64,000 nucleotides of DNA, taken from NCBI GenBank assembly GCA_030141605.1, contig JAQGDQ010000513.1, positions 94,534-158,533 of the forward strand, in the 5' to 3' direction. The stretch comes from Tubiluchus corallicola (taxonomy: Eukaryota > Animalia > Priapulida). The notes below the pieces were generated by a model. The model saw nothing but the letters and a program-made list of their open reading frames with translations, was not told where the DNA came from and made no database searches. Shown here one piece after another: positions 52,218-64,000 of the stretch (positions within the stretch are counted from its first letter, which is position 1; the number at the start of each line of letters is the position of its first letter). Both the position numbers and the translations under genes were made by a program.

Positions 52218-53603
52218 CACTGGTGGTCCACATTATTGAAATGTTAGTTATAAATATGTAATTACACATATTCATCATTTCGTGGTATTTAAGCCAACAT
52301 AGTGCTATTAATAATGTTTGGCAGTCATTTCATCATTCATGTTATACAAAGTTGTAAATTTTTTGTACAAAATACTTGAAAATTGGAACGTGTGCATTTA
52401 TGAAACTTTAACGATAGACTAAGACAATATTCTTAGTATGTTATGACAGACATTTACATAAATACTTCTTTATCCATTAACGTTAAATTTCTGCTATTTA
52501 GCTGAAAAGCATTGAGATCATTATAGAATTTGAATGTTGGATTGATGCTTGCTTTGCTTTACTGTGCTTGCAGTAAAACATTTTAAGTTTTTGCAGTTAA
52601 ATGCAAATTTTTGGTTGAACTTTGTGTCTTTGGCTTTTAAACCATAATTTGCGTTTTATTTAGGTAGACTGCAGCAAAATTAGACATTCAAAAAGTTTAA
52701 TTTTTACGTCTTGCTAAACTTACGAGACATTTTTGATAAGGATGTATCACTGGAGCAATTTTAGAACTGTTGTTAAAACAGATAACAGGTATAATTTTCT
52801 TAATGCTCAGACTGTGGTGCACTTTGCAACAATCTTGAAAATAGCTACTAATATATTTTAGTTGGAACTGAACATTAATTGCAACAAATATTAATGAGCA
52901 ATGAACAGGCTGAATCCAGCTGTAGCGGTTGTGCACCCCTGTTGATAAATTGTAGACAGTTTATGCGCCAAGAATGAACGCACGTTCAGTCAGACTATTT
53001 CTATGATAATGCAAATACAATGTCCAAACTCTAAAACGTTTTATTTTTCCATAGTTTGTTAAAGATGTTATTAATTACCACAAGAGCGGAACACTGGAAA
53101 TCTTGGAACTAGAATCTTTTTAATGAGTGCAACATTATAATTGTACATATTGTGGTTTTATCAAATGTGCTTGATACGTATTTGAATGTTACCGTTACAA
53201 TTTAAAATTAAAACAGTTTTTTCGCTTTTATTCAAAATTATGTGCAACTGTCCAGTGCTGTTAGGGGAACTATCCTTTTCTTTTGATTCAAACTACAGTT
53301 TTTTGGTAACAGCACGCAGCTATATGAACGCACAGCTTTCAGCTTTTCAACATGTTATGTTGTTGTCTACTTTTTTTGTTGTTAAAGTCCTTATTATTGA
53401 TTGTGCAGTACTTTGATTTTATTATTTAGTAGTATTTACTGTTTAGTTATCAAATATTTTACTAGTGTGCAATTATATGGTTTAATTAAAATTAGTACTG
53501 TATGCAGTTTGACGCAGACAAGGCCTGCAGTTTGGATGCATAAAATATCATAGTCGCTTGTCTTCTTTACTTAAAGAAAATTAGCACTTTTAGTACTTTT
53601 TTC

Positions 53604-53609
53604 AATAAA
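53604..53609 (+). promoter_or_regulatory. Putative polyadenylation signal of ADAR2 (3' UTR ~52218-53630)
   Basis: AATAAA at the end of ~1.4 kb of repeat-free AT-rich sequence, followed by T-rich tracts. Confidence 0.45.
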
Positions 53610-54076
53610 GTATTGCTGATATACAGATATAGTTTAAATTTTAATAGTTTCTGTCATTTTTTGAGTCGCAGGTACCTGAGTTTTATGTGTCTCACACATG
53701 CGCATGCACACACTATATATACCTCTCTAGTCTGCTGAAAATGTACTCTGCCAGCAGCTTAAAACAACAATAAATTAGCAGTACATTTGCACACTGTAGT
53801 TTACAAACATGTAGGCTGACGCACTGGTGCACGTGCGTCCAAAGTATTTCTTAAACTGAAAAATTTTTTATGGCTAAATGGAATTTTTTAGCAGTAAACC
53901 AAGAAACACATTAACCCTCGTTTGTTTGGGCAATAATGAGTTTTAAACTAGTGAACTTGGCTTCTAGCAACAGCAAAATGGTGTAAAATGCATGTGCGGC
54001 CGAGACGTTCTGTCGTTTAGCTGTGCCTGCTGGGAAAATTTAGTACACACGCAACTTATTAAATTTTGTATGAGTA

Positions 54077-54544
54077 TAAGGTACTCTCGCTTATAAGGGA
54101 CCAGCAACACCGGTCCCAATTTTTCGTAATGTTTTGCCTATGTAAAAATCTTCGTATACAAGGTACTCGGATACGAGGGACTTTCGGTTGTAAGAGACGA
54201 TATCTTCAGGTCCCGCGTAATAGAAACCCAGGTAAATTACCTCGCATATAAGGGATCCTATGATCAAAGTGAAATTGATCGATTTTTAACCTCAATTTTT
54301 CGCAAATTCGGCCTTCGAACTCGGTTTCCCCGTTCACATACATCTGGTATCACTGAAGGAGCTTCTTACATACCATTTGCACTGAATGTGTAGCAATAAT
54401 CCATAAAAATATGGGTAAGAGTACAGAAAAGTACAGGTCTAGATACACCCTCGGTCTGACTCAACTTCGGCTATAAGGGACATCGGATATAAGGGATGAT
54501 TTTTTCCTGTCCGGAGGTGTCCGTTATATCCGAGGTTGGTTGTA
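54077..54544. mobile_element. Tc1/mariner (pogo-like) MITE, degenerate
   Basis: ctcgcttataagggac ... gtccgttatatccgag..ttgta inverted ends; repeated cg(g/c)(a/t)tataaggga motifs. Confidence 0.55.
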
Positions 54545-55503
54545 GTCTCAAATCAGTTTTATGTTTAACTATCCACATTCTCCTGTGTAGATAATGTTGA
54601 CACAAAATAAATTAAGCTTAAGTAATGGGTCATCTGCATTGCAGTGTATCACGAACTTGCTTTTAAGATATATGACTACTACAATAGGATAGAATGAATA
54701 TTACCTTGTTAAATGTAGGTAAAATATATTTATTAAAGCAGAATTTTCACGTTTATAGGAAGTCTATGCACTAGAATTTACATCTCATTTGAGGCCTCCA
54801 AAATGTGCTTAAATACAGGAAATATGTTAGTGGCTGGGGGCCCGGACCCCACTGGGGAAGCTTACAGCGCTCCCCAGACCCCCTAGCTGCTTGTGCGTCA
54901 AATTTTTTAAACTCTGGCAGCGGCCATGTTTATCTCAGACACGCCTCTTTACTGTAATAAAAATATATTGCTAACAATGCACGCACACTCAACGCACACC
55001 CACACACACACAGACATCTAACAATAACTATGGTGTCGGCAATCCACTTTGAGGCCCTACAGTATGATTTAAAAATGGTAAATTGTTTTTTGTTCAGTCA
55101 ATTTTTCGACTAATATTACTTTAATTCCTTATGCAGCATTTTTAATTCTAACAATGTAATTGATAGTATAAATGCAGTAGCCGAAATAATGAAACTATAT
55201 GATACTTGAATCAATTTTTATCTAAATCAAGATTCACTCGAAATTTTAGCGATCTGTTCATATCATTTCATCCTACAGTTGTCTACAAATAAGTCTTATA
55301 AACCCAGTTCTTTTTTCACACTTTTTATATTTACAACTATTTGACATGATTTTGTTATGATCACTTGGTTTACTGTAAGCTTGTATTTTTATCTGTGAGA
55401 ACATTTAGACTCATCGTCACCAATAATGTTTTTAATCTGGGCTATTTGGACAAACTCTACAACATTGTATGTGATGGATTGTTAATACGCTTTATCCCTG
55501 TTG

Positions 55504-56179
55504 CAGGGCCGTAGTCGGCTTTTGAAAAGTGGTCCGGCCACAGATACGGAACAGGTAGAAGAAGAATACAGCAGCAAGATATAGAAGAGTATATTATAAT
55601 TTATAATACAGAGTTATAATATAATAGAGCACTACACATACTCAATGATGACATGATTGATTAAAACTTCCCAAAAACACATCTGCGCCGCTCATTTCTA
55701 GCAGTAAACTCATTCGCAATTTCCTTCAGGTCGAGAGCGTCTGTTCTATCCATATGTACATGCAAAGTCATGAGATTGTTCAGTCTAGTTTGAGTCATCA
55801 TACTCCGCAAATAAGTTTTTACTCTACGCAGGGCTGAGAATGTCCTTTCACTTGTAGAATTTGTAGCCGGAATCACTAGTAGTATCCTGACAAGAATCAC
55901 AATTTCAGAATAGATTGATCGCATCGCAGGTTTAAGTTCACGGAAATAACCGAATATATCCGACAGACTGACTGATTCACCTTGCTTCTCAATGTCTGTC
56001 CTCACTCTGCCTGATTGGATATAATAATAAAGTCTAAACCAAAATTGCTTATTTTAGCTTCGAATAGAAATGATTTTTGTCCTTTATTGTTGTCATTATA
56101 AATAAGGAAGGGGAGATGTCTAGGCACGTATGGCAGAAAAAGTGGTCCGGCCATGGCCGGACTGCCGACTACGGCCTTG
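55504..56179 (-). mobile_element. Internally deleted hAT transposon retaining the C-terminal dimerization domain coding fragment
   Basis: 16-bp TIRs cagggccgtagtcggc / gccgactacggccttg; ORF 55661-56005 LLVIPATNSTSERTFSALRRVKTYLRSMMTQTRLNNLMTLHVH is the hAT dimerization (hATC) motif. Confidence 0.9.
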
Positions 56180-57082
56180 TGTTGGTCAATAAATTCAATT
56201 CGAAAAAAAATCAAGCGAGTTTCAGAACACAGGGGTTGAGGGGAAGCATAGGCCTCATTAAGATCTAATTACCATTTTAGCCTTTTCTACCCAAAGATCC
56301 TCCCTGTGGCTGCCTAATGTTCCTCCCTGTGTGTGTGGCTATCAAGAAGACACTAGACCAAGACCTTAATTCATACAAGTATTTGCGGAGAGTGTTCCCA
56401 CGTTTGGGGCTCTAGCTGCAGAAAGCTCATATACACACAGATAAATGTACCTATCGTACCGGCATAAAGAAATTAAGTTCCAACGCTATCAGACAAATGC
56501 TGCTGAAATATTTTAGGGCAAATTAGCTAAACATTAAAATCAAAAGCACATAGTAAAACAACAGTTTATTGACTGTAAAATCAGGTTATCATCAAATAAA
56601 ACATAGTATAATTAACATTCTCATTTTTAATTATAAGTTCTATCATCAAATAAAATATAGTATCGCTAACTTTCACACTATTAATTATAAGTTCTATCAC
56701 ATCGTGCTTTGCTACCACATCTTCATCAACTACAACAAGAATAAACGACGTTTTACTCACATTTCTTGCTGAACTCTGTAAAATCGTTCATAGCATTAGA
56801 TGTCCTAGACAATACATTTTTTGGCGTAGCAGGGTGACCAGTTACAAAATGGTTGTACAGAATTTGCGTGGTCCATATTAATAGTGAAAACAGCAAGAAT
56901 ACGTGTAGAATTGTCTGAGCTATAGGCGGAAGATTGTGGACTGACATGTAATGTGGTAGTGCCAAAAATATATCTAAGAGCACACAGTACAAGCTTCGTA
57001 CACATTCCATATATGGTCCATACCACCTAAAATAAAATTCTGTTATACTCATCATCGATACCACAGCTGTCAAAACGCCATT

Positions 57083-57660
57083 TGTGAGCTTGCATAGCAA
57101 AATCGTCCATAAGTCGGCAGTCAAGCTTTTCTAGTTATTCACGTATTCTGAATCTCCATTTCATGAGAATCATTTTGATACCAAGCTCATCGGTTGATGT
57201 CTTTTCTAAACTGAGATAATCTACATTGAAGTTGAGATGCACGCTGCTCTCTAGAAAACTTAACCTTGAGAAAATCACAGTTAGAGCCAGCCGTTGTTTT
57301 TTTAAATCTAGTAGATGGCTCTTTCAGAGGAAGGTTTGGGCTTTTTAACAGAAAAAACCCAAAGCAAAATAACTGCTTCCATGAGCTGCTATCGGAGTGT
57401 GAAAATACAAGTTTTTTACAATTACAGTACTAGTTTCTAGCCACAGAAGTGAGTACGGGGTTATAAATTTATTTTTTTGAACATTTTCTTGACAATTTGA
57501 TGCTAGCATATAAAATTCCAATATATTTATCATTTGTTTTCATAAAAAACACAAAATTGTCATTTAAGCGAATTTTTGGTGCATTCTACTTTGAAGTTAA
57601 TTCTTAATTTTAACCATGCAAGTATGCCGACTTATGGGCGGTTTTGTTTTGCAAAAATAC
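57083..57660. mobile_element. Non-autonomous DNA element family F
   Basis: Reverse-complement homologue of 4255-4907. Confidence 0.7.
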
Positions 57661-59180
57661 ATTAATTTACGTAAACTGTTTTCGGAAATGTTTTTGTGTT
57701 TTTACAGCTAATTTTAATTCTATAGGTGACCAAAATTCAATAGTTATACTTTGCCAATACTGGCAAATGATAAGTACAAACTCCCAGCAGAATTAATGAC
57801 ATTTCATTCCTGAAAGATTTAAATGTCACAATTATTCCATAACAAACAAAGTCATTAATCTTAGTGACCCTAAGTCTCTGACTGTTGTCCATCACTAAAT
57901 TCATTAATTTGAAAGTTTGTGTGTTGGCACATCATTCCTTGTATCTGACACATATTATAGTAAAAGAATCTTACTGGGTCAGATTCTGTCAGGCTGATCG
58001 TAAAGTGCGCAAGTCACTTTAAATATTAAAATTTGTTGAAATTCATGTACTAAATCCTCGATTACGGATAATCCTTTTTAATGATCATTCAAATTTATAA
58101 TGACAAAATTTTGCCACCGATTAGTGAATTTTGATAAACATTTTCTTTTTTATTGAACTATTGTAGAATAAATAGTTGCTTTTTTATAAAGTTAGGTTAG
58201 GTAAAATCAATAAATCTATACAAACAAAAATATCATTGATTTTTTGATGAATGACCTTTGTAACACATTTGGTGCTCCTTTGGAAACACAACACAAAAAT
58301 ATCTTGTCAATTTCTTTCACTTAACATTCATTAGTGCAAGTCAAATTCCAGTAATGCGATTTTCATGGCACCAAAATATTTTTTGTATTAAGCATGTTTC
58401 ATACTACTGTTATGTAGATTTATTTATTAACTCATAATAATTTGTTATTTCTAATGTGAAAATAGTAAATAAGTGAGGCCTGCAGTATTGGTTATCTTTT
58501 AATCAGTAAACATAATTTAGGCTTGTTTAATGCCCTTTTTCACAGTTGGTACAGATGACAAACAACACGCCTCTGTTCAGTCTAGAAACAAGCCTGCAAG
58601 TCAAGCGAAAGAGCTAGCGGTGCCAAAGAGTCTACCGTATGTGACTTTTTACTGCATTGGCATTAAAATTGATACTTGCCGTAGTGAACAAAGCCTAGCT
58701 GTCTACAGACAGGAAGACAGGCAGTAGCAAACATTCGTGATTTGAACTACAATGGCAAATTTTATCACAGTGGGAACCTGAAGTTTTTTCGGAAATCAAA
58801 AATTTGACTATGTTGGATTTAAATCCATGCAGCTGACTGATTAAGTCAACAATAGGCCTAGCCATTAAACTGTACATATATGTATTACATAAAGACTCAC
58901 GCAGACTTATGCTATTAAGCAAATAAGCAACTACTAAGCTATGGACACTGTTGGCAACATGTGAAATGAAAAATGTCTATATGGAGCGGGCCATAGTAGA
59001 CATCTTATCACAAGCGGTTTTTATATTGAACTCATACCTGCAGGACTTTGAGAAATCATTGTATGAAACGGGGTTTCGTAGTAAGAAGCTTCGCATTAAC
59101 CGTAAGTGATTAAATAGGTTTTGTTATAATCTTGATCAGCGACATAATAAAATCATCGTATAAAATGGGGTTTCGTAGTA

Positions 59181-59694
59181 CAGTCACACCTCCGTTGTCG
59201 AACGTCTCCGTTTTCGTACAAATCGGTTTTCGACCAGGAAATTCGAGCGGAAATTGTCTCCATTCTCGACCAGAATTCCGGTACTCGACCAACTGCCAAA
59301 CACGTGATGAACGCATGCGCGGCGAGCCGAGTAGAGCCAAGCGTAACCGACCGCACCCGAGAATAGTCACGCACAAGATTTGAATCGCCTAATATCGCTG
59401 GGTGCTTTCTACGCTTATTTTTTTCCGCTTTTTCATGCAGGAATAATCATGTGTTTCTGTCTAAGTAATTCTATTATGTTTTTCTTATCAATTATATCAT
59501 ACCTACTGTTTGAATAAACACTTTTGCATTATTATATTTAGTTTTAGTAATACTTTACAGTTCATTTGGTGCTTGAAAACAGATTACTTGCTTTTACATT
59601 ATTTCTTATGGGAATAAATGATTCGATTTTGAACCAAATCAGTTTTCAAACACTTTTTAAGAACGAATTATGGTCAAAAACAGAGGTACTGCTG
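59181..59694. mobile_element. Tc1/mariner (Tigger-like) MITE
   Basis: TA|cagtcacacctccgttgtcgaac ... ggtcaaaaacagaggtactgctg|TA. Confidence 0.75.
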
Positions 59695-60063
59695 TAATGA
59701 GTTTTGTATTATCTCTAAGTGATTACATAACCTTGTCAGGAACATAATAAAATCGTCGTACTACTGAGAGTTTCATTAAAAGCGAAATCGTATTACCGTT
59801 GTTCGACAGTAGTAATGTCCAACAGATGCATGAAGTGTCAGCGAATGAAATAAAGGAACTTACTTGTGATCAAAAAGTGCTCCAAGACAGGTTAGTGTAA
59901 ACAAAATATGGCCCACCACAGAAAGCATGCCGACGTTCGATAATTCCTAAAATATACCAGAGCAAATAAGTAATAAAAAATGATAACAATTTACAAACAA
60001 GAAAATATCATCACATGGATTAGTTTAACCAAGTTCCTCAAAAGTTTTAGACGCATTCAGTTT

Positions 60064-62923
60064 AGTGGCAGATACGTAGCCAAACTGTCCTAAGTGGCAG
60101 ATATGTAGCCAAGCTGTCCTCAGTGTCAGATATGTAGCCAAGCTGTCCTAAGTGGCAGGTATGCAGCCAAGCTGTCCTAAGTGGCAGATACGCAGCCAAA
60201 CTGTCCTATGTGTTAGATACGTAGCCAAACTGTCCTATGTGTTAGGTACGTAGCCAAACTGTCCTAAGTGGCAGATACGTAGCCAAACTGTCCTCAGTGT
60301 CAGATATGTAGCCAAACTGTCCTATGTGTTAGGTACGTAGCCAAACTGTCCTAAGTGTCAGATACGTAGCCAAACTGTCCTATGTGTTAGGTACGTAGCC
60401 AAACTGTCCTATGTGTTAGGTATGTAGCCAAACTGTCCTCAGTGGCAGTCCTCAGTGTCAGATATGGAGCCAAACTGTCCTAAGTGTCAGATACGTAGCC
60501 AAACTGTCCTAAGTGGCAGATATGTAGCCAAACTGTCTTAAGTGGCAGATACGTAGCCAAGCTGTCCTAAGTGTCAGATACGTAGCCAAACTGTCCTATG
60601 TGTTAGGTACGTAGCCAAACTGTCCTAAGTGTCAGATACGTAGCCAAACTGTCCTCAGTGTCAGATACGTAGCCAAACTGTCCTAAGTGGCAGGTATGCA
60701 GCCAAGCTGTCCTAAGTGGCAGATATGTAGCCAAGCTGTCCTCAGTGTCAGATATGTAGCCAAGCTGTCCTAAGTGGCAGGTATGCAGCCAAGCTGTCCT
60801 AAGTGGCAGATACGCAGCCAAACTGTCCTATGTGTTAGATACGTAGCCAAACTGTCTTATGTGTTAGGTACGTAGCCAAACTGTCCTAAGTGTCAGATAC
60901 GTAGCCAAACTGTCCTATGTGTTAGGTACGTAGCCAAACTGTCCTATGTGTTAGGTACGTAGCCAAACTGTCCTCAGTGGCAGATACGTAGCCAAACTGT
61001 CCTCAGTGTCAGATATGTAGCCAAACTGTCCTAAGTGTCAGATACGTAGCCAAACTGTCCTAAGTGGCAGATATGTAGCCAAACTGTCTTAAGTGGCAGA
61101 TACGTAGCCAAGCTGTCCTAAGTGTCAGATACGTAGCCAAACTGTCCTATGTGTTAGGTACGTAGCCAAACTGTCCTAAGTGTCAGATACGTAGCCAAAC
61201 TGTCCTCAGTGTCAGATATGTAGCCAAACTGTCCTAAGTGTCAGATACGTAGCCAAACTGTCCTATGTGTTAGGTACGTAGCCAAACTGTCCTATGTGTT
61301 AGGTACGTAGCCAAACTGTCCTCAGTGGCAGATATGTAGCCAAGCTGTCCTAAGTGTCAGATACGTAGCCAAACTGTCCTATGTGTTAGGTACGTAGCCA
61401 AACTGTCCTAAGTGGCAGATACGCAGCCAAACTGTCCTAAATGTCAGATATGCAGCCAAACTGTCCTAAGTGGCAGATACGCAGTCATACTGTCCTAAGT
61501 GTCAGATACGTAGCCAAACTGTCCTCAGTGTCAGATACGTAGCCAAACTGTCCTAAGTGGCAGGTATGCAGCCAAGCTGTCCTAAGTGGCAGATATGTAG
61601 CCAAGCTGTCCTCAGTGTCAGATACGTAGCCAAACTGTCCTATGTGTTAGGTACGTAGCCAAACTGTTCTCAGTGGCAGATACGTAGCCAAACTGTCTTA
61701 AGTGGCAGATACGTAGCCAAACTGTCCTAAGTGGCAGATACGTAGCCAAACTGTCCTAAGTGGCAGATACGTAGCCAAACTGTCTTAAGTGGCAGATACG
61801 TAGCCAAGCTGTCCTAAGTGTCAGATACGTAGCCAAACTGTCCTATGTGTTAGGTACGTAGCCAAACTGTTCTCAGTGGCAGATACGTAGCCAAACTGTC
61901 TTAAGTGGCAGATACGTAGCCAAGCTGTCCTAAGTGGCAGATACGTAGCCAAACTGTCCTCAGTGTCAGATACGTAGCCAAACTGTCCTAAGTGGCAGGT
62001 ATGCAGCCAAGCTGTCCTAAGTGGCAGATATGTAGCCAAGCTGTCCTCAGTGTCAGATACGTAGCCAAACTGTCCTATGTGTTAGGTACGTAGCCAAACT
62101 GTCCTCAGTGGCAGATACGTAGCCAAACTGTCCTAAGTGGCAGATACGTAGCCAAACTGTCCTAAGTGGCAGATACGTAGCCAAACTGTCCTAAGTGGCA
62201 GATACGTAGCCAAACTGTCTTAAGTGGCAGATACGTAGCCAAGCTGTCCTAAGTGTAAGATACGTAGCCAAACTGTCCTATGTGTTAGGTACGTAGCCAA
62301 ACTGTTCTCAGTGGCAGATACGTAGCCAAACTGTCTTAAGTGGCAGATACGTAGCCAAGCTGTCCTAAGTGGCAGATACGTAGCCAAACTGTTCTCAGTG
62401 GCAGATACGTAGCCAAACTGTTCTCAGTGTCAGATATGTAGCCAAACTGTCCTAAGTGTCAGATACGTAGCCAAACTGTCCTATGTGTTAGGTACGTAGC
62501 CAAACTGTCCTATGTGTTAGGTACGTAGCCAAACTGTCCTAAGTGGCAGATACGTAGCCAAACTGTCCTAAGTGGCAGATACGTAGCCAAACTGTCTTAA
62601 GTGGCAGATACGTAGCCAAGCTGTCCTAAGTGTCAGATATGTAGCCAAACTGTCCTATGTGTTAGGTACGTAGCCAAACTGTCCTAAGTGTCAGATACGT
62701 AGCCAAACTGTCCTATGTGTTAGGTACGTAGCCAAACTGTCCTATGTGTTAGGTACGTAGCCAAACTGTCCTCAGTGGCAGATACGTAGCCAAACTGTCC
62801 TCAGTGTCAGATATGTAGCCAAACTGTCCTAAGTGTTAGATACGTAGCCAAACTCTCCTATGTGTTAGGTACGTAGCCAAACTGTCCTCAGTGACAGGTA
62901 CGTAGCCAAACTGTCCTATGTGT
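60064..62923. repeat. 29-bp tandem satellite, ~98 copies
   Basis: Unit gatacgtagccaaactgtcctaagtggca, with recurrent end variants (aagtggca / cagtgtca / atgtgtta). Confidence 0.98.
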
Positions 62924-64000
62924 CCTAAAAATCATTCTACATCTTTAGCTGTGTCAGAAATAATTGAAAACTTTCTTGCGAATATTGATTAGGGGAAAAC
63001 TACTTGTGCTATATTTTTAGATTTATCGAAAGCATTCGACACGGTACAACATGACATTTTGTTATATAAGTTATCATACTATGGTATCAGGGGACGTCCT
63101 CTTGCGCTTTTCACGTCTTACCTTACTAATAGGAAACAGTTTACGTCTATTGACTCATCGGATTCTAAACTTGCTGATATAACCTGTGGTGTCCCACAGG
63201 GTTCTACATTGGGGCCATTGTTATTTCTTTTATATATTAACGATCTGCCATCTTGTTCGCAATTTAACACCAGATTGTTTGCAGACGATACAAACTTATT
63301 TTTATCACACCAAAATATCAAAACATTAGAACATTCAGTAAATGTGGAACTGGACAATATTAATAAATGGATGCAAGCAAATAAGCTATCAATAAATTAT
63401 AAAAAAACAAAATATATGTTAATTGGAAACAAGCAACATAACAATAGTTTAAACATAAATATGGGAGGTTGTACTATTCAATCTACACAAGAAATCAAAT
63501 ATCTTGGTATATTTATAGATAGTAGAATTACTTGGAAAACATATGTTCAGCATATAGTCAACAAAATTAGCAAATTAAGTGGAGTATTAGCTAGAATACG
63601 ACACTACATAAATGTAGATGCACTACGGCTCTTATATTCTTCTCTTGTCATGCCATATCTGAGTTATGGCATTCTTGCCTGGGGTAGTGCTTCAGCATCG
63701 GTCTTAAAATCATTGGTTTCTAAACAAAACAAGATTATCAAACTTATAACATTTACTAGCAAAAGGGAACATGTAACACCTTTGTATTTGCAACTAAATC
63801 TACTAAAAGTATATGATCTGTATAAATTAGAATTGCTCAAGTTTGTACATAAATTCAAAAATAATTCACTCCCAGATCTCTTCAGCAATTATTATACTTT
63901 AGCATGTCACATGCATCACCACTCTACTAGGTTTGCTACAACCCAATCTTATTTTATTGAAAGATTTAACTCATCTAAAGGCCAGAATTCTTTAAAACAC
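62924..64000 (+). mobile_element. CR1/L2-group LINE ORF2 reverse transcriptase, 5'-truncated, runs off the window
   Basis: My translation: KNHSTSLA...D*GKTTCAIFLDLSKAFDTVQH...GVPQGSTLGPLLFLLYINDL...LFADDT...WMQANKLSIN...KYLGIFID...LYSSLVMPYLSYGILAWG; one premature TAG at 62990-62992. Confidence 0.93.

Noticed and set aside
56753-57124. 123-aa hydrophobic minus-strand ORF
   Set aside because: Starts inside repeat family F, with no recognisable family; likely chance in AT-rich DNA.

Overview
AT-rich, repeat-rich animal (invertebrate-like) genomic DNA; there is no sign of prokaryotic gene organisation. The one clear host gene is an ADAR2/ADARB1-type A-to-I RNA-editing enzyme on the + strand. 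Its NLS, two dsRBDs and intact deaminase domain all lie in a single 2-kb exon (50176-52217). That exon opens with a phase-1 acceptor at the position matching the first coding intron of vertebrate ADARB1 (..SNDAKEN vs ..STDVKEN). Two candidate phase-1 first coding exons lie far upstream (2153-2249 and 13837-13846), implying a first intron of 36-48 kb. This interval holds about 15 copies of two TTAA-flanked (Kolobok-type) MITE families in both orientations, nested inverted duplications (one with a 206-bp perfect reverse-complement tract), a ~75-bp-stem hairpin, hAT and pogo-like MITEs, LINE fragments and mini/microsatellites. The main hypothesis (inference) is an ADAR2 locus whose own pre-mRNA is rich in dsRNA and carries candidate self-editing switches: an editable AGT Ser codon at the site Drosophila Adar self-edits, and a frameshifting alternative acceptor. 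The window ends in a 29-bp satellite joined to a CR1/L2-group LINE reverse transcriptase. Repeat coordinates were read by eye and may be off by a few bases.
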